A stretch of 63,853 nt of DNA, filler included, from Reticulomyxa filosa (GCA_000512085.1; 13 parts of 13 records of this genome joined end to end with filler, not necessarily neighbours in it); one strand, 5' to 3'. Positions 50,744 to 63,825 are shown, counted from the whole stretch's first letter. The notes: a model not told the origin generated them from the letters alone. Numbers and translations: made by a program.

Positions 50744-52140
50744 ATGTCAGCTCCAGCTCGTGCAAAAGTATTGCCGGAACCAGAGCCCCTAACGTTGAAG
50801 CAGCTGCGAAGTGTAATTCCTGCGCATTGTTTCGAAAGGTGTGTTTTACCACGCCGTTTTCTGATTTGTGTACTTTTTGGAAAGGGATGAGTTTGCGAGG
50901 ATGCGAGAGCGGGCGGAGACAAAAAAAAAAAGGGGGGGGAGAAGAAACGTAAAAAAAAAAAAAGCAGTATACGTAAACTTAAAAGAAACGGGAAAGGGGA
51001 GGGGAGGAGGGGGGGAAGGAAATTGAAAACAAAAGAATCTTTCTGTACATAAAACGTATACCTTTAACAAAAAAAAAGATCATACGTGAGATCGTTTGGA
51101 TACGTGTTGAAAGATGTAATACTGGCATCAGCGTTACTGTATTTGGGCGGATACATTGACACGATTCCGTACGTGAGCGTCCGAATATTGGCATGGTTAG
51201 TGTATTGGTTTGCAATGGGAACAGTGTTGACGGAGTATGGGTGATAGCGCACGAATGCGGTCACCAAGCATTTTCACCATCGTTGTTTGTGAACGACGCG
51301 GTAGGATGCGTGTTACATACAATGTTGTTGGTACCTTACTGGTCGTGGAAGTATTCGCACTCGCAACATCACGCGAACGCCAACTCGATGGAAAAAGACA
51401 GTGTGTTTGTTCCACGAACAGACCTGACGGCAAACTTGAAGAAAAAAAGAGAACCATCAGCGTTCCAACGCTTGATCAACTTGGCGAGAATGTTGTTGGT
51501 CGGATGGATCATGTATTTGTTGATTAATGCTGCCTCGAGCAAAGTGGATGCGAAAAAAGGAAAGAAAAGCACCGGCGTTTTCCGATTTTTGGAAAAATGG
51601 AACTCACACTTTAACCCTTTTTGCAACTTGTGGCGAAGTCGCGGACAAAAGATTGGCGTTGTGGCTAGCGACGTTGCGCTCTTTGTCTGGGCCTGGGTTT
51701 TGTATCGCCTGTCTTTGAAATTTGGCGTGCTGGCTGTGCTTAAACATTACTTTTTCCCCTATTTGTGGGTCAACTTTTGGCTGGTGACGATCACCTATTT
51801 GCAACACACGGACTGGGCTGTCCCAAAGTATTATAACGAAAAATGGACTTGGTTGCGAGGTGCCTTGGGTACTGTTGATCGTGATTTTGGATTGCTGAAT
51901 ATATTGCATCATCACATTGGTGATACTCACGTTTTACACCACATTTTCTCTCAAATTCCTCATTACCATGCGCAAGAAGCTACAAAGGCTTTGTTGGATA
52001 GCCATTTGATTGACGAGTATTACTTGTGTGATCCTACCCCTTGGTACGCTGCTCTTTGGCGCAGTTACACTCAATGTTGGTATGTCAGACACGACCAACC
52101 TATCACATGGTTCGAATCATTCAAAGCAAAACTTAATTAA
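50744..52140 (+). CDS. Membrane fatty-acid desaturase, delta-12/omega-type (FAD2-like); one intron, one apparent 1-nt frameshift near 51233
   Basis: LRSVIPAHCFER; His boxes HECGH, HSQHH and HVLHH; WLVTITYLQHT, GALGTVDRD, IPHYHAQEAT. Confidence 0.94.
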
Positions 52141-52791
52141 ATTTGGGTTTTGTTTGTTTTATTTGTGCAAAAGAAGAAAAATTTGTCTTTATAAACCAGT
52201 CAAACTTTTTTTTTTGGTGTATGTATTTTTTGCCTGTCTTATTTCAATTTTCCTTTCTCTTTGATTTGTTTTTGCTTATACTATGCTTTGTTATTTCCTA
52301 AATAACTTTTTCTTGGCCTTTGTTCACGGAGTGTCAAGGAAATCGTACAAATAATCAAATACCACGTAGAAGCGCATTTCTTAAACTACAATGACCATCT
52401 GTCAAAAATTCAATATTTTTGCGAAACTGCTACAAGGTTGTGAATGCACAATAAACAAATAGTTATTGTTGTTTTTCGTGAAAAAAATGACCTCCGGTAT
52501 TGAAAACAATAAGGATTCTAATGCATCCAACAACAAAAAAAAAAGAAAATATGCATCTAAAGGTTCTTCAAATATTTTTTTTTGCTTTGTTGTTGGTCGA
52601 ATTTTCAAAAAAAACCCAACAAGCGCCAATTTATAGTGTGATTATAATTTTGTCTAAAAAATATTTTCTTGTGTTTGACTCTGAAATAAAGTCCTCCTGT
52701 ACATTTCATTTTTCACAACCAAAAAAGATGAAAACTCCAAAAGAACCTAAACAACATCATTCACTCATACAAACCAAAAGGCAATATCTTT

Positions 52792-54056
52792 TCAATTGAA
52801 TCTGCGTGGTAACCTCAATTTTTTGTAAAATATCGAGAATATGTCTTTTTTTGTTTGAGCCCTCATTTGTGTTTTCAAGTAACAACATGTGTGAGGCGCA
52901 AAAACACACACAAAAAAGGAGGATAAAAATGGAATATATATTTGTTGGAATATGATGGCATTGTTAATAGCAATGTTCACGTAGTTGAGTTCTCCAACAG
53001 TTTGGTAAAGAATTTTTGGACCTTTTATTTGATATATTTGTATTTTTTTTTCTTTTGTTTTGTTTGTGCCTTGAAGTGAGTATGTAAAGACAAAATGACA
53101 TAAGATGAGAATATGATAAGAATAAGCATAAGGACAAGATGTCAATCGCTTAACAGCTTGTGTGTCTCTTTGTCGCTTGTCATCAGCGCTAATGGTTGAA
53201 TCATCAGTTTGATCTGTCGTGCCAGAACCACCAGACCGCAAAGAGCTATCTTTGTTTTTGGCATTATCCAAAGCCCATGCCATTTCTTTCAAAAACGTAC
53301 TATCGGCATTGGCTTGCGGTACAAACTTTTTGTTCGACGACTTTTTTTTTTTTTTTTTTTTTAGCATTGTTTTTGTGTATAGTGATGACGTGTTATTTTA
53401 TCTTTTAAAAAAACAAGGATGCAAAATCTCATAATCGCGAGCACAAAAAAAAACAAAACAAAACAAAAAAAAAAAAACAACCAAACTTTGGATAGACTTT
53501 TGGCCAAAGGGAAATACTTTTCAAAAGGATCGGCCAAAGATCTTGTATTGGCTTGATTTTCAAGGATTTGTTTGCTGTCAAATCCCGAGGGAATGAATAA
53601 GAACTCGTCTTTCATATTGGTCAAGCTGACAACGGCAGAAGGGCCGCGATTGAAAGCGGATCCAAATATGCGATGTTCTAAATAAGATGCAATGCGTTTG
53701 CCCTGCTCTTTGAGTCCTTTGCCCATGCTAAATGAAGTGGCCGCATAATTCAAACACCAAAGACGAACATATTGTGTTAAGATTTCATATTGACTGTTCG
53801 CTTGGGCTTCTGCTGGATAAAGCGTCTTCATCATATCCACCTTATTCAGCACTACTATCAATGGAGCTCCTATATTTACACTAGGATTACTTCGATTGAT
53901 CCCTACATCGGCCTTTTTTTTTTATTTTTTATATTGTCACTAAGGATAAGTCCATTTTTTTTTTTGTTAAAACAGCTCCCCCCTCCATTTGTTATTTTTT
54001 TTTTTTTTTTTTTTTTTTACGAAAACTTTGATGTCTTCAGTTGCTTCAACAGCTTC
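52792..54056 (-). CDS. Cytoplasmic dynein light intermediate chain, 3' part; exact end uncertain
   Basis: PLIVVLNKVD, QYVRLWCLNYAA, YLEHRIFG, FLFIPSGFDSKQI match the DLIC G-domain C-terminus (FIPAGWD); FL..M amphipathic helix in the tail. Confidence 0.8.
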
Positions 54057-54156
54057 NNNNNNNNNNNNNNNNNNNNNNNNNNNNNNNNNNNNNNNNNNNN
54101 TTAATTAATTAANNNNNNNNNNNNNNNNNNNNNNNNNNNNNNNNNNNNNNNNNNNN
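54057..54156. other. Artificial contig spacer
   Basis: N44-TTAATTAATTAA-N44. Confidence 0.98.
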
Positions 54157-55510
54157 AGAGAAGCAAGGAAGTAAGAAGTAGTTAGTTGAGTAAGTTTAAC
54201 ACAAAGGGAGCTCCTCAGTTCAATAAGAGTTCAACCATGTGTGACAAGGGCTTGCCCTATACACTATATTTTTGTACCACAAAAATCTGATTATTTGTAT
54301 TGCATAATCTATCAACATCATAATTTGTAAATTTTTAAAATTCTTTTTGACTAAAAATACCTACATTTTCTTATGTACTTATTTCAATATGTTCTAGTTT
54401 TTTTCGTTTTTTCTTATGTAAGCACTACACAACTAAAGATTAGGAACAAAATTTTAAAAATTGTGAAAAAATTTTGAATAATATCATTCAAATAAATCAA
54501 TGTACTTTTGGTTACCAATTTATAGCAATGCATGTATTTAACTTCTCCAAATGTCAGGAAGCTGTTCATAGTTTGTCGTTTGTTGTCAAAAAAATAAAGC
54601 TCGCCTTAAACTGACAACAGTGATGACAAATAGCATTATTCTACAAACTTTTATCATTATTTTTTTAAAAGTTATATAAATGCGTATATGATCTTGATTA
54701 CCTGTCACAAAGCTTTAAGAGTTGTTGATATTTAGTACTAACTTTACCAAGCTGAAAACTACAAGAAGATTTTTCCAAGAATTTTCTTCGGACTTCAGGC
54801 TAAAATTGACAATATAACAGTACTTCATTCAATAATGTTTTTTCGATGCACTAATGAATGTTCAATTAAATCATAAACTAAAAATCTAGTGATCTAGTTA
54901 GATTGTTGTTATTATCGTAAAGTCATATTGATTTTCGGAAAGTTGTAAAAACTCAAAAAAAGGACGTGAAGGAACGTTCAGGTGGCATTATAGACCGTAT
55001 TCCAGCCTCTTTTCCGAAAATGATTAACACTAACACATACAACGACAGCTCATCCAAATTTACAGTGAGTTTAATATTTAAATTTAAAATAACCTGATAT
55101 TTAAGTTCATAACCTGTTTTTTTGGGGGGGAAATGATCAGAAAGGCCATCTCGACTTGTCCTATCGTCAATTTTCGGTGGTGACAAGGGTTAATGCGTGG
55201 GACCTGAGTAAAACGCATGAGCAGCAAAAACAGGCGCTGTTGAGTGCACTTCATATTCGAAGGACTCTTTCAGAAAAACCGTTACGAGGTCTTGGGATGG
55301 GGGTACTCAGCTTGAGCGATGTGCCACGCTCATTTAAAGTGAGATGTCATGTATTTGCATTTGCTATCGTAGCCAGTGCCGCACTCACTTTGAAAGAAAT
55401 TTTACTCTTTGGGACAGTTGCAGGCATTTAAAAAAAAAAGGTTGGTTGAAAGAAAAGGGGGGGGGGGGGAAAGGAGAGGAACGAAAAGAATAGATGAGAA
55501 AACAAACAAA

Positions 55511-55610
55511 NNNNNNNNNNNNNNNNNNNNNNNNNNNNNNNNNNNNNNNNNNNNTTAATTAATTAANNNNNNNNNNNNNNNNNNNNNNNNNNNNNNNNNN
55601 NNNNNNNNNN
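55511..55610. other. Artificial contig spacer
   Basis: N44-TTAATTAATTAA-N44. Confidence 0.98.
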
Positions 55611-55706
55611 CACACACACACACATACATACAGATATACATATACATGCCTACACAAAAGTTGAATTGCCCTTAGAGATAAAAGGAAATCACATCAGAAA
55701 CAAAAC

Positions 55707-57080
55707 ATCAAAAGGAAAAGAGCGCAATTCCAATTCTTCTGACAAAACCATTTCCACGTCGAATTTGCCACGTACGAAATATGCTTGATTTGGATCAAAT
55801 GCTGGACTGTCATCATCACATAGTAACTTGCCAAAGTCTTTGAATTTTGACAATCGAAATTTTCCTTTCGATCCGTGTTTTTGCAAAACAACGTCACAAC
55901 AGAGGTTGTAAGTTGAAAGTAAAAACAAAATAAAATAAAAAAACCAACCTTCTTCTGGATACTCTTCCCAACGTGGAAAGGGTTCAATTGCTTCAATTTG
56001 ATTCAAGAATTCCAATCTGTGTGTATGTGCGCGCGGCACGCGAAAGTAGTCGAACATCTTCACGAGAATTCGGAGAAAAGAGAAGGCAGAGATAGAAAAA
56101 AAGGGGTTTATAAAAAAAAAAAAAAAAAGACACACACCTGGGGTACCATTTTGGTTCCCAATTGTAAATTTCACCATTTTTCTTAGTTTCGTAAAAAGAC
56201 TCATACTCCTCTAAGTCCGGCCATTTTTGTTCGCATTCGTTTTTTTTTTTTTAAAAAAACACAAAAAGTCGTAACAATATGTATACATACATTTTTTTGT
56301 ACGTGCTGTCTCCTTTTCCCTACTTTGGATTCGTTTTTTTACGTAGTAAAAAAAAATGAAACAAAATAAATAAATAAACAAATGGATGAAATTGAATTGC
56401 CTTTGGTCAGCAGCCAATTAAAACTGTTGTAATGCAAATGTACAAACACATAGTTGATATGAGATGTAAAACCGTAGGTTTTTTTTCAAATAAAAAAAAG
56501 CATATTTTGTGCTCCCCTTTTTTTTTTTGTCACATTAAAAGAAAAAATATATATGTAACACCTTACAACAAACAGACGTAATGTAGGATATTGCTAAACT
56601 AAATATGAAATTTTATTCGAAATTGCTCCATCACATTGTCAATGTCACTGTAAAGTTTGAGAAAATATATGTTTTGATGGTTATATATATCAGCGTATCT
56701 TGCATTGGAAACATGGGGAATGTTGAATAAAATACATTACCTGAGACGCTTGATTTTGAAGGAAATAAAGACCTTGCGGGTGAGTCTCTTTTTGGCATCT
56801 TCTGCATATACATCGGGATGAGCAAACCATAATTCTGTCATTTGTCCTGTTCGCAAATCGGGTGCTGTTTCTCTTACAACCTCGCCTACTGTGTACGCGT
56901 ACGGGTGACCGGATGGCCATTTCACCAATTCTTTGGCGCAGGCTCTGTTTTTAGACGTCGAAGCCAACTTGGTTGGGAATGGCTGAATTCCTTATCTGAA
57001 TTTGACTTGGTTTTTGGGGCGAGCATTACCAATTTCGCCTGCAGGACTTAACTTTAGGTTCCCCTTCTCTTGCAGAAACC
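55707..57080 (-). CDS. Cys-less pentameric ligand-gated ion channel (Pro-loop), extracellular-domain half; 3' truncated, 5' end uncertain
   Basis: Spliced sequence VFISFKIKRLSDIDNVMEQFRIKFHIYFNW..WEPKWYPRLEFLN..YFVRGKFDVEMVLSEELELRSFPFD: WxP loop A and FPFD Pro-loop with no loop cysteines. Confidence 0.82.
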
Positions 57081-58295
57081 AAACATTACAGTGTACAGTT
57101 AGAACAAGCAAAAGATTTTATTTTTCTTCTTGCTTGGCTGTTTTTTCCAGAGAGTGAAGTAAATGATATCGCTTTTCATTTGATTTAGATAAGTTTTGTA
57201 TGCATAAATAAGTAATTGTATATTTATGCAAAAAATCGACTAAAGAATAAGTATAATGTGCTGTGCACATTTATTACTACTTTATTTATCAATGGCTAGA
57301 AACAGCAACATTTTTTTAGAATACATGCGAAACTTGCGCTAAGAAACTTTCAAATCAAACCAGCATAGAAAAGTCCAAGCATAAGAAGTAAAAAGTAAGT
57401 TGTGGGACGAAGTTGAATTTAATGTTCACTTGAGCCTAGATAACAATAAGTATTGCATCACTACAGTGTTTCAAAGTTTTAACATATGTCAGAGTTAATT
57501 TAACTAAAAAGTTGACAAAAGAAAATAATTTAAAGTTGTTTATAACATCTTCGCATTGCAATTATTATACATTATTTTGTTCTTTTTTTCATTTGCCATA
57601 AAACGCCAAAATAAACTTTCATTTTTTATTATTTTGTTGAAAAATATTTTTGTTTCCTTTTAAAGTTGCTTTTTTTTGAAATAAAAACAATAAAATTTGT
57701 TCTGCTTCATACACCCTTTTAGTGTGCAAATGCCAAAAAATTTTCTGAAAGGCGGATACTGTATATCCAAAACTCTTCCAACAACAGCATTGTATTTATT
57801 TTTTTCTAGTGGATGTTTCCTGTTTGAATTTTTTATTTGCACCCTCCACTGCCATGGGGAAAGCAAAAACTTTTTTGATGATTCTGCCAAATGTTTTCTT
57901 AGAAGAAAAAATAATTACTTTATTGTATTCATCCAGCACAGAAACTCCAACACAATTACTTTTTTGATATATGCTGTATTCTCTTGGTATTGTTTCTCGA
58001 TAAGTTACAAAAATTTAAGATTGAAAAGTACTTTAAAAACTTTTGAGGTCAACTGGTTTAAAGTTGCCACAAAAAAACACAAACTACACGAAGAAGCTAG
58101 AGCGTTTGTTTCCCTTTTTTTTATTATTTTTGAAAAAAGTAAGTTCTTAATTCCAATAAGTAGCGCTTGGTATGTCTTTCGTTTCTTTTTATGTGTTGAA
58201 TTGTGTTGATACTCTGGGGTTACCAGTAGGGAACAAACAAAAAAAACGCCCCTTGTGGACGACTAATTTAATAGAGACCAAATAATAATTGAAAA

Positions 58296-58685
58296 ATGTC
58301 CTTAAAAATGCTTCGCCGCGGTAGTCAAATGTCAAAGAAATGGATGAGACCTGCACAAACAATAGTAATACGAAGAACATTCCAGAGTAGAAGTATTTTG
58401 GCACGAACGAGAGGCAGCGCAAAGCCGTTAGTTGCCCGCACACAACAAAACGCAATTCGCAGATTTTCACACCACCCCAAATTAACGGAACGTGGAACCG
58501 TTGACGGATATCGTGCTGGTGAAGGGGAATGGCTTTTGCATTGGGTACCGACCTTTCGTGTTCCTGAAGCGGTAGAACTGCCGTTTATATTCCTTTTTGG
58601 TGCAGGTGTTTGCGCAACAATAAGTATTGTGTTGAAAGCAATTCATGTGCCCGGACAAGCTGCGCTCAAGAATTATGAAGGATAA
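58296..58685 (+). CDS. Small single-pass mitochondrial protein, possibly COX7C-like
   Basis: About 57-aa Arg-rich presequence with no acidic residues ending RRFSH; single TM LPFIFLFGAGVCATISIVL; intronless. Confidence 0.6.
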   Translation: MSLKMLRRGSQMSKKWMRPAQTIVIRRTFQSRSILARTRGSAKPLVARTQQNAIRRFSHHPKLTERGTVDGYRAGEGEWLLHWVPTFRVPEAVELPFIFLFGAGVCATISIVLKAIHVPGQAALKNYEG

Positions 58686-59747
58686 AAATGGGAAATGGGA
58701 GGAGGTTTGGAAGCGAACTAGGGTATAGGAGTTCGCGAGGAAAGGAAAAAGTGAAAGATACCGCAACAAAATACCTTTGTTGATCTTTTATTTTTTCTTT
58801 GTCTAGTTATGAAATAGGAAGAAAAAGTCGTTCACATTCGGGTCACTAAATGTTTTTGGTGGGGTTTGTTTTGTCGTATGGTACTGGTTTTTCCTTAGGA
58901 GTAGACTACAACAATATTGTTGTGGTTGTTTCTTTTTCTTCCTAACTTTGTTTACTGCCTTTTCGGCTCGATTGAACTTCAACATTGTTATACGTTCTCT
59001 TTGTCCGTAGTTCGTCATTGCTTTTTTTTTGAGGGAATGCCTGATGATGTTGCGCCTTAGGGAAAAATGATGACAAAAATGTTTTTGAAATCTTTGAAAA
59101 TGTATTGAAAAGTTTTGTTCAAAAAAACGTTCACTAGCTTCAAAATTCTTTTTTGTGCGAATTTCGTTGTGTATATCGCTAATTCCGAGAAAAAGGTCCT
59201 TGGCAAATAGGCAATGTTTAATATTTTGTGGAGACCGCATGTATACAGAAAAACAAAAAATAATTTAACGTAAATTTAAATGAACAAAAACGCTCTAAAA
59301 AAGAAAAAAGGTCGGCGGTGAACTTCTCGGAATCACGACCTTTGGAATTTCTCAATGAAAAAAGCCCAAGTCAATTTTTATCGGGTAATTTGTTTTTCTT
59401 TATCATTTTGTGTTCATCACAAAATGTGTCTAATGTCAATCTGGCCACCTTTTTAAAATGAAAATTATTTAATATTACATAATCTTCAATGTAGTGATTT
59501 TCAGCCATTTTTATTTAGATTGAGAAATTTAAAGTTGAAAATGTCAATTAACTGAGGTTAAATCAAAGCTATCTAGGTATTTGGTGTTATTGAAATTTTG
59601 TATACGTGCAAAGAAAAAAGCATTTCTGGACAAGGTCCTCTCATAAAAAAGATTAGATGTGCGCATTGGAATGCCTTTGAAACAAAGAATCCTCTCAAAC
59701 AGTCGTCTCAGGACCATTACTTGTTTGCTTTTTCTGTTGGAAACATT

Positions 59748-62080
59748 TTATGAAAAATTACAAAATTGCATGCTTAAATTGAATTTATCAAAAGTTAAAC
59801 AAGTATCATCAGTTATTTTTGCCGGTCCAAACTTTCCATTTCTGTCTCCACTTCGGTTTTTCAAATTTTCTTTACGGCTTATTTTTTGTTCAATGGTAAG
59901 TGGTACGGCAGTAATCTCAGACACGGAATTGGATCGGCTCTGTAAACCAAGGAATATCTGTTTTGTGGTGACGCGGCCATTCTCCTTCTCACTATCTTCG
60001 GCGATATTTGAGATCGACGGACGAGCAACTCGGCATGCATCAGCAACCATTTCACTACCGGGATACTGTAGCAGTGTTTGTGGGCCAAACATTCCGGTGT
60101 TGATTGTGTTCCTTTCCAAGAAGTCTTCATCCGTGATTATAATACGACGCAGATAGGACATGAATCTGTGTTGATAAAAATAGGGTTCAACGCAACTTAC
60201 TCCATCCGCAGGATTTCTCAATATCCAACATTTCAAAAAGTGTTCAATCTTTTTGGAAAAGTTCCATTTTTGCAGTATGTCTATCATTCCAATGTAGTAG
60301 ATGCCAGGGCCTTCAATTATCTTTTTTTTTTTTTTTAATGTATTTGTTTAATTTGCCAATAATGTATTAAAAAAGATTGCATAATACGCTCAATGTACAA
60401 AACTTGTGCTTGTACTCCCCCATTGAATTCATTTAACAAATGTTCGGGTTCTTTAAATCCCTGATTAGCTTTCTTTTGTTGTTTTGAGTTGGGACGATTT
60501 AAAAAGTTGATTGGATCTTTTGTTCTGTGTTTGAGCATTCGAATATAATAAATGCCCAATAGCAAAGAATAATCCATTACACCGAGATCACGCAAAAATA
60601 GCGAATCGCTTTCCAACTGGTCCAGTATCTTTTCACGTATCGGTTTTGCGAGCACAACATAGCGAGTCAAATCCATATCTTTCATTATTTTCTTTGTGTT
60701 TTTTTTTTTTTTTTTAAAAAAAAAGGAACAAATTTAAATTTTTTTTTTTTTAAAAAAAAAAACCCTAAACACAAAAATGACATTGTGTATAGATATACAG
60801 ATGAAAGAAAGCGATCAATGCATGTGAAAAAAAAAAAAAGCAGTCAACTCCAGAGTGGATACCGGCATGAGTATGCCGGGCAATCCAACTCCCTTTCAAA
60901 TCGTAGACTTCATGCGGCTTCAGATTCGCCAAGAAGATGTTTTCAATGACAACAAAATACAAGGTCAAATTGTACATTCGCAAAGAGTGCAAGCCTACAA
61001 ACAAACTCAATGCCGAGTCGGGGTTATCGTCCAAGTACTCCACGTATTTCTTCAAGATTGATATCAAATATTCACATTCTGACTTTGTTATGGTTTTCAC
61101 TAGGAATCGACTGTCATGTGTAAAATAAAAAAATGCTCCTGATCGACCTTTATTATTTATTTTAATTTTTTTTATTTTTATTTTTGTTTTGTTTATTCAT
61201 TTATTTACTTATTTATTTACTTATTTATTTGTTTGCACACTAATTTGGTATACGTTTTTTTAAAAAAATTTATTCTGTCATAGCATTTGCTCATTGTTTT
61301 GTTTGTTTTCTTCCCTTTTACCTCCTTTCACATTTCTTTTGTTTACCTTCTCCAAACTTTGCATCCAATACATTTCTCTGTTCGGTCGCATTTGGTGGAA
61401 TGATTGATTTTATGTATGTTTCGTCTGTTATATCCAATAACCTCTTGCGAAGAAACCGAAAAACCTATCGTGGCAAACAGCGGCAATAGGCTTAATGTAC
61501 AAATCAAAATATGTACTAATAAAATCAAAATGGCAAAACTAAAGGTGCAAAATCGGTGAATTCTCTGTCGCCTTGGGCTTCTTTTTCTTCTTTGGTACTG
61601 GGGACTAGGGATTCTACACTCCAATCAGTGGCTACATCTGGTGTCATTGACCTCGGTCGAGGATTGCCGGTTACAAACTCCGAATTGTACTTGACAGTCA
61701 CTCCAAACTTTTTTTTTTTTTTTTCCACACCCAATCAAAAAAGTGTCATGTCGTCAATCCCGTTTTATATTTTCTTCTTTTTTTTTTTAAATTAATAATA
61801 GTAATGGTAAGGTAATGAAAAGGCAAAGCGAATGAATTATACATCATTTGGAATAGTCACCTTGCCATGACTAAGGAAGAAACGTCATGAATGGACAAAG
61901 GATACAAATCTTGACTGGGTATCGTGGCAGGTGGTATTCCCGTCTTTTGAGCCAACTTTTGGGCTCGATCAACGGATTGAGCAATGCCATCAGTAGTGAA
62001 TGCCAACACTTCTGTTCGCAAAGCTTTATTAATTTGTCCGTCTTCTTGAGAGCCATTCAGCGACAAAAAGCTTTTCAATT
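59748..62080 (-). CDS. Phosphatidylinositol phosphate kinase (PIP5K family), probably the C-terminal half of a GPCR-PIPK; multi-exon, 5' truncated
   Basis: FTDFAP, GRSGAFFYFTHDSRFLVKT, YDLKGS, KDMD, MDYSLLLG, YYIGMIDILQKW..KKIE; upstream ALRTEVLAFTTDGI. Confidence 0.92.
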
Positions 62081-62169
62081 TACATTATATATACATAAAT
62101 GTATATATGTATTTCTTCTTTTAGGCCTCCTTAAAAAACAAAGCCCAAAAAAAAAAAAAAAAAAAAAAG

Positions 62170-62269
62170 NNNNNNNNNNNNNNNNNNNNNNNNNNNNNNN
62201 NNNNNNNNNNNNNTTAATTAATTAANNNNNNNNNNNNNNNNNNNNNNNNNNNNNNNNNNNNNNNNNNNN
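62170..62269. other. Artificial contig spacer
   Basis: N44-TTAATTAATTAA-N44. Confidence 0.98.
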
Positions 62270-63456
62270 AAAAAAAAAAAAGACCCCTGACAAACAAAAC
62301 AGAAAAGTTTTTTTTGTTTGTAGCAATTGATACAAGTAAACAGCATTTGTTGTTTATTTATTTTATTAGCATCAATACTACAACACCAAACGCGGATTAG
62401 AGTTTTTGTTAATAAAACTTTCGTTTGAGATCATTTACTATTTAACTCTTTTTGCTATTGAAATTTTAGTGAAGTAAACTTTCTCGAATGAAAAGGATGC
62501 CAATTATGACTCCATTATGAGTTTGGTGATTAAATGATTGTTATTTTAAGAACAAAATTTTTTTCACTTTTTTTCCGACTTGCAAAGAAAAAGAAAACAA
62601 AGCTTGATGTGATAGTGGAACCTCTGTGTTAATTTTTCTAGTCTTTTTTCTTAATTTTCATTACAATCATTTACTAACTAAATTAGATGTCACTCCTTAA
62701 TTGGACAACAAGTTAAAGTCATATATTTTCGTTAGGACTTTGAAAATAAGTAAATAACCAAGTCGAAAAAATCTATCTTATGCATACCACACCAAGTACA
62801 ATGTTGACCAGTTCCGACACGCTTAGACAGTCCTTGGCATTGAATATACTAAGAAGAATTTACTTATGGTGGTAATGTATGAATATCCTTAATTGACTAT
62901 CAACGTTTAATCACTTGTCCTGTAACGACAAAAAAGTCGTTTTTTCCCTTCTGTCACCAAAAAGTGTCCAACTTTGTTGGTTCACTTGTTCTTATTGTCT
63001 TTTTGCACATGTACTTAAGTTTTGCAGCACAAAGCGTAACACGGTACATGGACATACAAAATGATAGTTCATCGAGTCAATTTAGTAACTCGGCGTTCCT
63101 TGTTTTTGTGTTATACTTTCTTTTTGGCTGTGTTTAAAAGGTTTAGGTAATTGTTTGCTTACACTATTTACAATGATCAATTAACATTTTTATGTTATCG
63201 GAAATTTGGCAAGGTGTTATCGGAATGATGACAACACAGTCAAAGATCGAGGAGTTTAAATTTTAAAAAAGTTGGAGTTTTGAACTCTTTCATACATTCA
63301 TCCTTCTATCAAGTTAATTTTACTTCTTCGTCATACTGGCAATTAAAAGTTACCATATTTTTTTTTGTTTGTCTTTGCATTTTTTTCTTTTTAAATGATA
63401 TCCGAACCTGTGCCGATCTGCCTGGGCGTTTTTGTGTTTTTAGAGAATCACACAGC

Positions 63457-63825
63457 ATGGCAACAATGGCCAGCAACGTGAGCGCAGACGTATCAATATC
63501 ACCGCTTTCTCTGTCTGCTTTGTCTCCACAACATAGCAACGACCATTCAGCAATCAAATCAACAAAAACAATCCGGAAAAAAGCAAAAATTAGCAGCACA
63601 TTTAACACAACAAAAGCCACAACGGAAAATGTAGACACAAACCATTTATCAAATATATCACCACATGCGGGAATTGAAAGAATCGATGCAAGCATTTTAT
63701 CTCATGGGAATAACATGCAGCGAGTCAATATGAAAGTTTTTTTATCCACAATGAAAGATAATTCGTACACAAAATTGCCTATCTTACTTGATTTAGTCGA
63801 TCGAAATGAAGATTCACTTTACACG
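63457..63825 (+). CDS. First exon of a hypothetical protein
   Basis: ATG 63457 (MATMASNVSAD), open frame of about 120 codons ending at a GTGAGA donor-like site followed by poly-A. Confidence 0.5.

Noticed and set aside
54157-55510. Short ORFs at 54953-55431
   Set aside because: No motif, stops in all frames and no consistent exon chain could be built
57660-59240. AT-rich ORFs 57697-58209 and 58803-59240
   Set aside because: Phe/Lys-rich composition of non-coding DNA with no motifs
3367-62269. Regularly recurring TTAATTAATTAA palindromes flanked by Ns
   Set aside because: Identical 100-nt artificial spacers with six-frame stops; not biological and not CRISPR repeats
62270-63270. Possible 7TM exons of the GPCR-PIPK on the next contig
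   Set aside because: No hydrophobic multi-helix reading frame found on the minus strand
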